Assembly: GCA_030747605.1 (NCBI GenBank)
Contig: JASLKL010000002.1
Coordinates: forward strand, 1 to 54,981
Source: Verrucomicrobiota bacterium
GTDB lineage: Bacteria; Verrucomicrobiota; Verrucomicrobiia; Limisphaerales; UBA1096
Direction: 5' to 3'
DNA: 54,981 nt
Shown here: in pieces, positions 10,211-18,581 of the stretch
How positions within the stretch are numbered: the stretch's first letter is position 1
Layout of the letters: every line of letters starts with the position of its first letter
The notes under the pieces: generated by a model
What the model was told of the DNA's origin: nothing
The model's database searches: none
What the model saw: only the letters and a program-made list of their open reading frames with translations
Made by a program: the position numbers and the translations under genes

Positions 10211-12759
10211 TTTTCTTCCAAATTTCCGGCTAACTTTTCACCTTCCACTTTAAAAGGAAGTTCATCAAGAGCACTCCATTCACCTTTAAACAGAACCCGA
10301 GCTTTCAATAAGTATGTCTTATTAAAACGAATTGGTTTTAGATACTTCTTAGCAGCAGGTGAAATCCCACCTCCTACTAAACGAGGATCCGAACCATCTA
10401 GAGTAAAATATATATCTCCTCGACCTGAAGACATTTCCAACTCGAAACCTGGCTCTATTACCCCACCTCTTTTAGATAAACGGGGTGTTTCAAGATCAGG
10501 CACAAGCCCATGCCCTGCCAACTGATCCAGAACTATACTTGAACGCTTTGGAATAAACTCATTGAACCAGCGATCAACTTCTGGAAACCAATCGTCATCC
10601 AATGTTCGAGGCCTCATATCGCCGGATTTACGATCTGGAGGCGCCCAACTGTAAGGAGAAGGCTTACCCCAACGAGCAGACTCACAAATCACGGCCAATT
10701 CTATTTCGTTAACACGCTTATTGAGCAGCTTTGTAATGGATTTCGGAGTTAAAGCTCCTAGATTATAAAAGTGTTTGTGTAAACGATCCGCAACTGCTTG
10801 TCGAAATTCAGCGTTATGTAGACATTGCTGCCAAATCCATTGAGGATTACTTCGAGCATACTCGTCGCCCGCCGGATACGGCCCAGTTCGATTCTCATCA
10901 AGTTTTAAGAAAGTATGTTCTGCATCCCACACATAATATCTAAAACCTTCATCTCCATTACGATTCCGAATTCCATACCAATTATTGGCTGAACGATTTG
11001 CCCCAAAAGAGGTAATCGGCGCATCTAAATTACCTCCGTAAAAAATCACCAACATATAATCTATTAAATTATCCACATCGAGAAACACTTCGTATTCGGC
11101 ATTACGCGTACCATCTGGATTATTACCAAGAATCTTCTGATATGCCTTATCCGACTCCAATCCTGCTTTGCAAATTTTCCAGAATCTTTCCCATGCGCCT
11201 AGGCTTCCATCTGTAGCAAACAACCCATACTGAGTATTACCTTCGCCCTTACCCTTTCCTCTCCCTATTTTGATCACATCAAAATCTTCTTGTTTTCCCT
11301 TGAAATATGATGCCCCAAAAGATGCCTCTGGACGCTCACATACATTAAACAATCCCCAATATTGCCCATTAATATAAAGATGAGAAAAATGCCCACGAGC
11401 AGTCGATTGCCCTAAAGACATTTGCATATCCCGATTAAACTGATCCCGCATAAAGGTACATCTTGGATCGTCACTAAGGCTCCATGAATAATTACTAAAT
11501 GTACGAAGGTCTATGTTATCGAATTCCTGTGCTGCATCTTTCCCAAATACAGGATAATTAAGTTTCCCTGGCCCATACTCATTTCGGAAAAAAAACCTAA
11601 ACGCATGTTTAGCATTAGCAGACATCCTACTAAATCCACCCCGGATCCTAACCCCACAATTTTCTTGGAAACCAATTTCCCCTTTAGCACTAATAAGCTC
11701 AAGTGAACACTCTCTTTCCCACTCTCGACCATCATTTTTTGCATTCGCAAAAATTCCAAATTTTTCATCAAATAAATCATCAAGATCCATGACTAAGGAG
11801 TAACTAGGAATCGACTTTAAACCGTCAAAAATTTTCTCTTTGTAACGCTGATCATTCACCACTCGCTGATCCATCCCATAATCAACATAATTAAAACCCC
11901 AATCATAAGGAAAACCTACTGGAGGCAATCCATCGGGCGACTGACTTACTATATCTTTAGGAAATAAGTAGGTTTGAGTAATAACTTTTGTCGGCTTAAA
12001 ATCTTTCTTGAATCCAACAACCCGAAGTACGGTTGTTTTATTAATTTTAATTATACCATTTTCTGAAATCTTGCTACTTTCTTCAGTCGGAACAGAACCA
12101 TCAGTAGTATATCTCAAAACAGCACCTGATGTTTTAGTAGAAATAACTAAATCAAAAGATTCCTCATAAAAACCATGAGATTGACTAAAACTTAGCTTTT
12201 CTACTACTCCAACCAAATTAAAATTGTTGGGCGCCCCCGGTGTAGGCTCTAGAAAACGAATCGCTCCTCCAATTACAGTCGACTCTGAAGATTTTATTGA
12301 ATCCAATGAAACAGGCAGCCCATATGAAACATCATCATGTTGTTTAGGATATTTCATTAAAAAGTGATGTGCTACGGTTTGCCCATCAGGCTTAACTAGC
12401 CCAAGATATTCCCCGTTAGCATTTAATTTAAAATTCGCATGTAACTCTTCACTAGAGTTAGTACGATTTTTCCCAGATGCAAAAACCAGCATATAACCAC
12501 CTGCATCGATAGTTACAGATGGAAACTTCCAGCCAGCTAAATTATTAACATCGTCAGTTAAGCTCCAACCAGTAAGATCTACTTTTTCAACACCCGTATT
12601 ACGAATTTCAATCCAATCAGACCGATCCCCATCGCGATCATTGATCCCCTTGTCATTCACTGCCAAAAATTCACTAATTATTACACGAGCCTCCATTTGC
12701 ACAATCGGAAGAGACACATACGCAACTAAAGTGAACATAATAACAGAAAATCGTTTCAT
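10207..12759 (-). CDS. CotH kinase-family protein with N-terminal lamin-tail (LTD) domain and chitobiase/Fn3-associated-type domains
   Basis: 850 aa. Signal peptide. LTD-like ISEFLAVND..DWIEIRNTG..VDLTGWSLTDD. YTTDGSVPT and YFTLDGSDP segments typical of the Fn3-associated/CHB_HEX_C type. Large central region consistent with CotH (PF08757) architectures. Recognised by eye, not by HMM. Confidence 0.65.
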   Translation of the reverse strand: MKRFSVIMFTLVAYVSLPIVQMEARVIISEFLAVNDKGINDRDGDRSDWIEIRNTGVEKVDLTGWSLTDDVNNLAGWKFPSVTIDAGGYMLVFASGKNRTNSSEELHANFKLNANGEYLGLVKPDGQTVAHHFLMKYPKQHDDVSYGLPVSLDSIKSSESTVIGGAIRFLEPTPGAPNNFNLVGVVEKLSFSQSHGFYEESFDLVISTKTSGAVLRYTTDGSVPTEESSKISENGIIKINKTTVLRVVGFKKDFKPTKVITQTYLFPKDIVSQSPDGLPPVGFPYDWGFNYVDYGMDQRVVNDQRYKEKIFDGLKSIPSYSLVMDLDDLFDEKFGIFANAKNDGREWERECSLELISAKGEIGFQENCGVRIRGGFSRMSANAKHAFRFFFRNEYGPGKLNYPVFGKDAAQEFDNIDLRTFSNYSWSLSDDPRCTFMRDQFNRDMQMSLGQSTARGHFSHLYINGQYWGLFNVCERPEASFGASYFKGKQEDFDVIKIGRGKGKGEGNTQYGLFATDGSLGAWERFWKICKAGLESDKAYQKILGNNPDGTRNAEYEVFLDVDNLIDYMLVIFYGGNLDAPITSFGANRSANNWYGIRNRNGDEGFRYYVWDAEHTFLKLDENRTGPYPAGDEYARSNPQWIWQQCLHNAEFRQAVADRLHKHFYNLGALTPKSITKLLNKRVNEIELAVICESARWGKPSPYSWAPPDRKSGDMRPRTLDDDWFPEVDRWFNEFIPKRSSIVLDQLAGHGLVPDLETPRLSKRGGVIEPGFELEMSSGRGDIYFTLDGSDPRLVGGGISPAAKKYLKPIRFNKTYLLKARVLFKGEWSALDELPFKVEGEKLAGNLEEK

Positions 12760-12820
12760 AATTAAGATATTATCAGCTGGCTAAAAAAAATATTCTCCCT
12801 TGCTCATTTAGTCTTGAAAA

Positions 12821-12847
12821 GAAAAAAGCGCCGGACATTCCGGCGCC
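12821..12847 (-). terminator. Rho-independent terminator after the EF-hand/repeat gene
   Basis: On the minus strand: GCGCCGG-aatgt-CCGGCGC (7-bp GC stem, plus-strand arms 12828-12834 and 12840-12846) followed immediately by a T6 tract (plus-strand A run 12822-12827). Lies about 25 nt after the stop at 12872. Confidence 0.85.
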
Positions 12848-12871
12848 TTAATAGGTTTTTGTAAGTAAATT

Positions 12872-13666
12872 TTACTTTTGACTGCGTCGACGACGCTCGC
12901 CACCTTCGCTTCGTTCTCCGCCTCGACGTCCACGTGATGGCCTCTCTGCTCCTTCTCCACCTCGACGTCCACGTGATGACCTCTCTGCTCCTTCTCCACC
13001 TCGACGTCCACGTGGTGACCTCTCTGCTCCTTCTCCACCTCGACGTCCGCGTGAAGAGCCCTCTGCTCCTTCTCCACCTCGACGTCCGCGTGAAGAGCCC
13101 TCTGCTCCTTCTCCACCTCGACGTCCGCGTGAAGACCTCTCAGACATTGCCTTGCGCAAGGCCGCACGTTCTTGTTCATCAAGTTTACCATCTTTGTTCT
13201 TATCGAATTCTTTCATGAGGCTTTCCCTTGAACCACGACTACGCTCACTTTGACCATCTCCACCACTAGCTTGGGCCATACGTTTTCTCAATTGACCTAA
13301 TCGCTCACGAGCTTGCTCTTCTGTAACTTTACCCGCCTTTACTTGCTCACGAATACTCTTTACAGCAGCATCATAACGAGCCCGACGTTGTTTTTGTTGA
13401 TCTTCTTGAGACTGGCGATTACCACCACGACTAGATCGACTTCCCAAAGCTTTTCGAGCAGTAGAACGCTCTGACTCGCTTAATTTCCCATCACCATCCT
13501 TGTCAAAGCGCTTTACAATAGATTCACGAGAAGGTCGATCTGCTGAACGATCACCCTTCTTTACTGTCTGTTTAGCCGGCGACTTAGCTTCCTCAGCTAT
13601 TACTAAATTTAAGCTAACGCTTAGCAACGCAGCAGAAGCAATAATTCCAATGTTTTTCATTTTCAT
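12872..13666 (-). CDS. secreted EF-hand protein with C-terminal Ser/Arg/Gly/Glu-rich 13-aa tandem repeats
   Basis: 264 aa. Signal peptide (IGIIASAALLSVSLNLVIA). Two EF-hand loops: DKDGDGKLSESE and DKNKDGKLDEQE. C-terminal repeats SSRGRRGGEGAEG/SSRGRRGGEGAER, about 6 copies. Confidence 0.8.
   Translation of the reverse strand: MKMKNIGIIASAALLSVSLNLVIAEEAKSPAKQTVKKGDRSADRPSRESIVKRFDKDGDGKLSESERSTARKALGSRSSRGGNRQSQEDQQKQRRARYDAAVKSIREQVKAGKVTEEQARERLGQLRKRMAQASGGDGQSERSRGSRESLMKEFDKNKDGKLDEQERAALRKAMSERSSRGRRGGEGAEGSSRGRRGGEGAEGSSRGRRGGEGAERSPRGRRGGEGAERSSRGRRGGEGAERPSRGRRGGERSEGGERRRRSQK
12890..13145. repeat. 39-bp in-frame tandem repeat array (5 full units plus degenerate flanking units)
   Basis: Units at 12922-12960, 12961-12999, 13000-13038, 13039-13077 and 13078-13116. 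Consensus cctcgacgtccRcgtgRWgRSCctctSctccttctcca. Units 4 and 5 are identical; units 1-3 differ from each other by 1-2 nt. Confidence 0.95.
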
Positions 13667-13806
13667 ATATTTATATTATTTATTTAGCCTTCAAATCTCA
13701 TTAACGACTAAAATATTAAACGCCATAGAAACTGATAAGTTACACAAATTTACGATAAAACAGTTTAGCAGTTGACGTCGTATTCAACAAAAGACTAAAT
13801 CCCGGT

Positions 13807-14583
13807 ATGAAGATGCGCGACAAAGGATTCACTCTGATTGAATTACTGGTGGTAATCGCCATCATAGCTATTTTAGCTAGCCTACTATTGCCAGCTTTAG
13901 CTAATGCTAAACAACAAGCACTAAGCGCTACATGTAAGTCAAATCTCCGGCAAATAGCACTTGGGACAATTTACTACTGTGAGGATCATGATGATCGAAT
14001 GTTACCAGTACTAGGTCCTTCTAAACCATATTGGTTTCATGCTATTGCTCCATATCTCGGTGACAAACGTTATGTTGATGACCCTCAGGCTGCTTATAAC
14101 GGATCAATGAAAACTGTCATTTGTCCAGTAGTCAAAAAAAGATCAGACGGGGCTAGCAGAGGAAGCAACAACACTAGCTGGGCCTACTGGTGGGGCAGTT
14201 TTGGAAAATCCTACGCCGAGGGCAGTTATACTATAAACTCGTGGATGCAAAATCCCGTAGGCAGCTACTATGCTCCCAGAACTCCAGAAGAAAAAAGAAA
14301 ATACTGGTCACAATATTCCAACGCCTCGTCAGACGTGCCAATTTACGGTGACGGCAACTGGGTGGACTCATGGCCAAGACCTAACGATCAACCTCCTAAT
14401 AATTATTCAGGGACACATTCTGATAATGGAATGAGGCGATTTTTCGTTAACCGACATAACTTTGGTATCAACGGCGGTTTTGCCGATGGTCATGTTACAA
14501 AAATAGCACTTCGCGGTTTATGGGATCAAAAATGGTATCGAGGCTATACATTAACCAAGGAACCAAGACTTCCTAAACGTTAA
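13807..14583 (+). CDS. prepilin-type N-terminal cleavage/methylation domain protein, H-X9-DG family
   Basis: 258 aa. Leader MKMRDKG then [25 protein letters not shown]-terminal [12 protein letters not shown] (H-X9-DG) followed by HV. Confidence 0.85.
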   Translation: MKMRDKGFTLIELLVVIAIIAILASLLLPALANAKQQALSATCKSNLRQIALGTIYYCEDHDDRMLPVLGPSKPYWFHAIAPYLGDKRYVDDPQAAYNGSMKTVICPVVKKRSDGASRGSNNTSWAYWWGSFGKSYAEGSYTINSWMQNPVGSYYAPRTPEEKRKYWSQYSNASSDVPIYGDGNWVDSWPRPNDQPPNNYSGTHSDNGMRRFFVNRHNFGINGGFADGHVTKIALRGLWDQKWYRGYTLTKEPRLPKR

Positions 14584-14643
14584 TTTATCAACGATTATCA
14601 CTTGCATTTTAATACGAATGCGTTTGGGTTTTTCGAAGTGAAA

Positions 14644-16188
14644 ATGAGACAAACACTAATTTTCATATTAATCTTATTCGCTCTTACGCTTTACCAAGTA
14701 CAAGCTACTGACTGGAACCAGTATCGAGGCCAAAACGGATCCGGGTTAGCTAAAGACTGCCAACCTCCTGTTAGAATTTCAGAAAAAAATTTAGCATGGA
14801 AAACTGCGCTTATTCCTGGATTTTCTTCTCCAGTACTGTCCGATCAATACATCTTCCTAACTGGTTTAACCTCCCCTATTAAAGGAGAATCTAATGGCAG
14901 GCTTGTCACCATGGCCTTGGACAAGACTAATGGAAAACTTCTTTGGCAAAAACCGGCCCCCATAGTCAAAGTCGAGAAAGTGCACAAGGCGAGCCATCCA
15001 GCATCATCAACCTCATTAGTAAGTAATAACCGGTTGTTTGCCTACTTTGGCTCATACGGCCTACTTTGCTACGATCTCAACGGGAAAGAACTCTGGAAAA
15101 AACCAATTCCTACACCTAAAACACTTTATGGAATGTCCACGTCCCCAATCGCATATCGCAATCTTGTCATACTAGTTCTGGACAATGATGCCAACCTCCC
15201 AAACAGCCGACTGAGTCAATCCAAAATCGTAGCCTTCAGACAATCCAACGGCGAAGTCGTCTGGGAGATTCCAAGACCCTTCCACCGTAGCGGATGGTCC
15301 ACTCCCATTATCTGGCAGCACAGTCAAGGAACAGAACTCATCGTACTAGGCAATGGGCGAGTCAGTGGATACAACATGGAAAGCGGCATACAAAAATGGT
15401 TTGTCCCTGGATTCTCCCGGGAAACCATCTCCACTCCGGTAGCCGGAGAGGATGTACTTTTCGTTTCCTCTTCCAAACTAGGTGGCGGAGCCGATATCCA
15501 GCTAGACCCAATACCTTTTTGGAAAGCGGTGATTCGATTCGACAAGAACAAAGACGGCAAACTCGAGCGCAAGGAGATGACCGGCCACTTCACCTTTCCC
15601 ATCCGACCGGAGCTACCGCTAGGGCATCCTGGCTACGGCATTCCGCTGCCAAATGACAACAAGCGAAGACAGGAAAGACTCGACAGCATGTTCCGCGGCA
15701 TAGACCGCAACCGCGACAATTTTTGGACAAAAGAAGAATTCATTGAAAACATGCGAGTCGGAAGAGGTAAACCATTATTGATAGCTATAACCCCAGGAGG
15801 ACAAGGAGACATCTCAAAAACTCATTTAAAGTGGGAGCTTAACCGAAGCATCCCGGAAATCCCCTCACCGCTTCTATACAATAATCATATCTATATGGTT
15901 CGTAACGGCGGACTTCTTGCAGCTGTGAATGCTACGAATGGAAAACTTATCTACCGTGAACGCCTAAATGCACCTGGCCATTTTAGTGCCTCACCCATAG
16001 GAGCCAACGGCTATATCTATCTCAGTTCAAACCGAGGAGTCATAACCGTTGTAAAAGCAAATCGCCAATTTAACATCTTGCACCAATACGACATAAAATC
16101 ACCTATCCACGCCACACCGGCAATCGATAAAGATAGCCTCTACATTCGAACTGAAAATTCACTATTGGCTTTTCGAAATCAAAACTAG
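14644..16188 (+). CDS. PQQ-like beta-propeller repeat protein with EF-hand-like insertion
   Basis: The open frame runs from a TTG at 14602, but the ATG at 14644 gives a proper signal peptide (MRQTLIFILILFALTLYQVQA). DWNQYRGQNGSG start is typical of the BamB/PQQ-like propeller family. Internal DKNKDGKLERKE and DRNRDNFWTKEE loops. Confidence 0.7.
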   Translation: MRQTLIFILILFALTLYQVQATDWNQYRGQNGSGLAKDCQPPVRISEKNLAWKTALIPGFSSPVLSDQYIFLTGLTSPIKGESNGRLVTMALDKTNGKLLWQKPAPIVKVEKVHKASHPASSTSLVSNNRLFAYFGSYGLLCYDLNGKELWKKPIPTPKTLYGMSTSPIAYRNLVILVLDNDANLPNSRLSQSKIVAFRQSNGEVVWEIPRPFHRSGWSTPIIWQHSQGTELIVLGNGRVSGYNMESGIQKWFVPGFSRETISTPVAGEDVLFVSSSKLGGGADIQLDPIPFWKAVIRFDKNKDGKLERKEMTGHFTFPIRPELPLGHPGYGIPLPNDNKRRQERLDSMFRGIDRNRDNFWTKEEFIENMRVGRGKPLLIAITPGGQGDISKTHLKWELNRSIPEIPSPLLYNNHIYMVRNGGLLAAVNATNGKLIYRERLNAPGHFSASPIGANGYIYLSSNRGVITVVKANRQFNILHQYDIKSPIHATPAIDKDSLYIRTENSLLAFRNQN

Positions 16189-17618
16189 TTATTTGAGATC
16201 TTAGGAATAAGCTGATCCGCAACCGGCTTAATTCCAGATTTCAATTTCTCTCCTCGATTAATTAAATCCTTAATAATTTCAGGGTGCTTACTTGCCAAAT
16301 CATATTTTTCTGAAGGATCTTCTCCTAGGTTATATAATTCAGGTTTGGCTAACATACTTGGATTAATCCCATTCTCTTCACGAATCTGCACCTTATAATT
16401 TCCAAATCGAATAGCGCTCAATTTCGCACCGCCAAAAAAATACATTTCTTTACGAGGACTCTCGCCTCGCCTTAACAAGACTTCACTCAGGTCATAGCCG
16501 TCAATCTTCCGATCGACCGGAACTTTAGCACCGGCCAAACTAGCAAAAGTCGGTAAAATATCCAGTGTGCTCCCTATCTCCTGCACCACGCCTGGCTTAA
16601 CGTTGCCAGGACCCCAAAAAATTGCAGGCTCACGCATACCTCCCTCACGTGTTCCACCTTTTGCACCACGTAATAATCCAGATGATCCACCGTGTGTCTT
16701 AAACACCTCCCATGGTCCATTATCCGAAGTAAACATGACAATTGTTTTTTTATGCAAACCTTGTTGCCGCAAAGTATTGATAACCTGCCCAACCGACCAA
16801 TCAATTTCCTGAATTACGTCTCCATAAATACCGTTCAGGCTTTTACCTTTGAATTTCCTCGAAGCATATAATGGAATATGAGGCATCGAGTGTGCAAGAT
16901 AGAGGAAGAATGGTTTACCCTTATTATCTTTGATAAACTTTACTGCCTCTTGAGTATAACGACGAGTGATAGTATTCTGATTAACAGGCCTCTCGATCTC
17001 CTTACTATTTTTAATTAACGGCACTCGATATGCCGACCATGGTGCTGTCTTACCAACCTCAACCCAATTTCCTTTAACACTCAAATCACGATTCATATCG
17101 TTAGAGTACGGTATACCATAATAAGAATCGAAACCTTGTGTTGTCGGTAAATGCTTAGGCAGATGCCCCATATGCCATTTACCAACCATACCGGTTTTAT
17201 AGCCAACTTCCTTCAATACTTCAGCAACTGTAACCTCATCCTGAGGGAGTCCACCAGCCGAGTCCGGGAAAAGCACTACTCGTTTACTAGAAGCCATCCC
17301 AGAGCGAACCGGAAGACGCCCCGTCATCAAAGCGGCTCGGCTCGGTGTACAAACCGGTGCTGAAGAATAAAACTGAGTCCATTTTTGACCCTGATAAGCC
17401 ATCTGGTCGAGATTTGGCGTATGAATTGTAGGGTGCCCATTACATGACATATCACCATAACCTTGGTCATCCGTAAAAATAATTACAAAATTTAGTGGTT
17501 CTTTAGCCAATCCTGATCCCACCAAAATAAACAGCCCAGTAAAACCAAACACAAATCGTTTTATCCGGTTTATAGAAACTAAAATCATGCCCAATAAACT
17601 AACGGTGTAAACACCCAA
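16185..17618 (-). CDS. sulfatase (arylsulfatase A / GalNAc-6-sulfatase-like), Cys-type
   Basis: 477-aa frame. DDQGYGD, CTPSRAALMTGR (C-x-P-x-R), GKWHMG, LAHSMPHIP, FTSDNGPW. The 17618 start is TTG; the ATG at 17588 (MILVSINRIKRFVF..) is more likely. Confidence 0.9.
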   Translation of the reverse strand: MGVYTVSLLGMILVSINRIKRFVFGFTGLFILVGSGLAKEPLNFVIIFTDDQGYGDMSCNGHPTIHTPNLDQMAYQGQKWTQFYSSAPVCTPSRAALMTGRLPVRSGMASSKRVVLFPDSAGGLPQDEVTVAEVLKEVGYKTGMVGKWHMGHLPKHLPTTQGFDSYYGIPYSNDMNRDLSVKGNWVEVGKTAPWSAYRVPLIKNSKEIERPVNQNTITRRYTQEAVKFIKDNKGKPFFLYLAHSMPHIPLYASRKFKGKSLNGIYGDVIQEIDWSVGQVINTLRQQGLHKKTIVMFTSDNGPWEVFKTHGGSSGLLRGAKGGTREGGMREPAIFWGPGNVKPGVVQEIGSTLDILPTFASLAGAKVPVDRKIDGYDLSEVLLRRGESPRKEMYFFGGAKLSAIRFGNYKVQIREENGINPSMLAKPELYNLGEDPSEKYDLASKHPEIIKDLINRGEKLKSGIKPVADQLIPKISNN

Positions 17619-17692
17619 TTAAAAGGCTTCAAAACAGTAAGATTTATATTCTGGCCCTTGACTTATGGATTAGGCGGGCACAGCATTTTTGT

Positions 17693-18532
17693 GTGCAGAT
17701 CAAAAATGATTTTCGACGCTTTTGCAAAGGGTTCACTTTAATCGAACTGCTAGTGGTGATTGCTATAATCGCTATACTAGCCGGCATGCTTTTACCGGCA
17801 CTAGCAAAAGCAAAGTCAAAAGCTACTGCTACTTATTGCCTTAGCAACCATAAGCAGCTTCAATTATGCTGGACTATGTATGCCGGCGATCACGAAGATC
17901 ACATGCCAGAAAACTCTCAATTACCAGGAGGGGGAAATCGGGATGGATGGACTAGTCAAGGGCCAACATGGCTGAACGGTAATGCATATACTGACACAGA
18001 TGACAGCAACATCCGGAAGGGGGTTCTTTTCAAATATAATGATTCATCAGGCATCTATAAGTGCCCAGCTGACAAAAGCACTGTTCGGGACAAAGGAGTT
18101 ATACCTCGAGTTCGTAGTGTGTCGATGAATATGTATATGAACTTTAGGTCAAACCCAGAGAGTGATTTGTACAAAAATTGCTGGCACAAGATCGGTGATA
18201 TTAACAACCCCTCAGCTTCGGATGCATTTGTATTTATTGATGAACACACCAAGAGCATACAGCAAAGTGCATTCGGATCGAATGCAGCTGATTGGACATT
18301 ATTTGGAACTGGTAAATATTATTGGATTAGTTTCCCTGCCACACGGCACAACAACGGTACTGTTTTATCATTTGCAGATGGCCACGCTGAATCTTGGAAA
18401 TGGGTCGAACAAAATACGATGGAAATATCTGATAAAGCTGGCTGGATCGTTTTACAAAGAGGCAAAAGAGGAGGAGACCGAGATCTCGAAAAGCTTTTTG
18501 GATCTGTACCACAAACTATACCTGTAAAATAA
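17693..18532 (+). CDS. prepilin-type N-terminal cleavage/methylation domain protein, H-X9-DG family
   Basis: 279 aa, GTG start. KG|[25 protein letters not shown]-terminal H-NNGTVLSFA-DG (H-X9-DG) followed by HAE. Confidence 0.85.
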   Translation: MQIKNDFRRFCKGFTLIELLVVIAIIAILAGMLLPALAKAKSKATATYCLSNHKQLQLCWTMYAGDHEDHMPENSQLPGGGNRDGWTSQGPTWLNGNAYTDTDDSNIRKGVLFKYNDSSGIYKCPADKSTVRDKGVIPRVRSVSMNMYMNFRSNPESDLYKNCWHKIGDINNPSASDAFVFIDEHTKSIQQSAFGSNAADWTLFGTGKYYWISFPATRHNNGTVLSFADGHAESWKWVEQNTMEISDKAGWIVLQRGKRGGDRDLEKLFGSVPQTIPVK

Positions 18533-18534
18533 AA

Positions 18535-18554
18535 AGCCCTCCTAATAGAGGGCT
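18535..18554. terminator. hairpin between convergent genes (possible bidirectional terminator)
   Basis: AGCCCTC (18535-18541) pairs with GAGGGCT (18548-18554) across a 6-nt loop. A run upstream and T-rich sequence downstream. Lies in the 49-nt gap between the 18532 (+) and 18582 (-) stops. Confidence 0.55.
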
Positions 18555-18581
18555 CTATTAAAGTTTTTATCTTCCTGTTTA

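Noticed and set aside
12808-13218. ORFs 12808-13191 (-) and 12934-13218 (+) with striking repeats (HADVEVEKEQR..., LLLLHLDVHV...)
   Set aside because: They are alternative-frame and antisense readings of the 39-bp tandem repeat inside the EF-hand gene (12872-13666). That gene has a signal peptide, EF-hand loops and a downstream terminator. The periodic sequence simply keeps other frames open.
15294-15656. 120-aa (+) and 92-aa (-) ORFs inside the propeller gene
   Set aside because: They are fully nested in a well-supported longer frame and have no independent signals.
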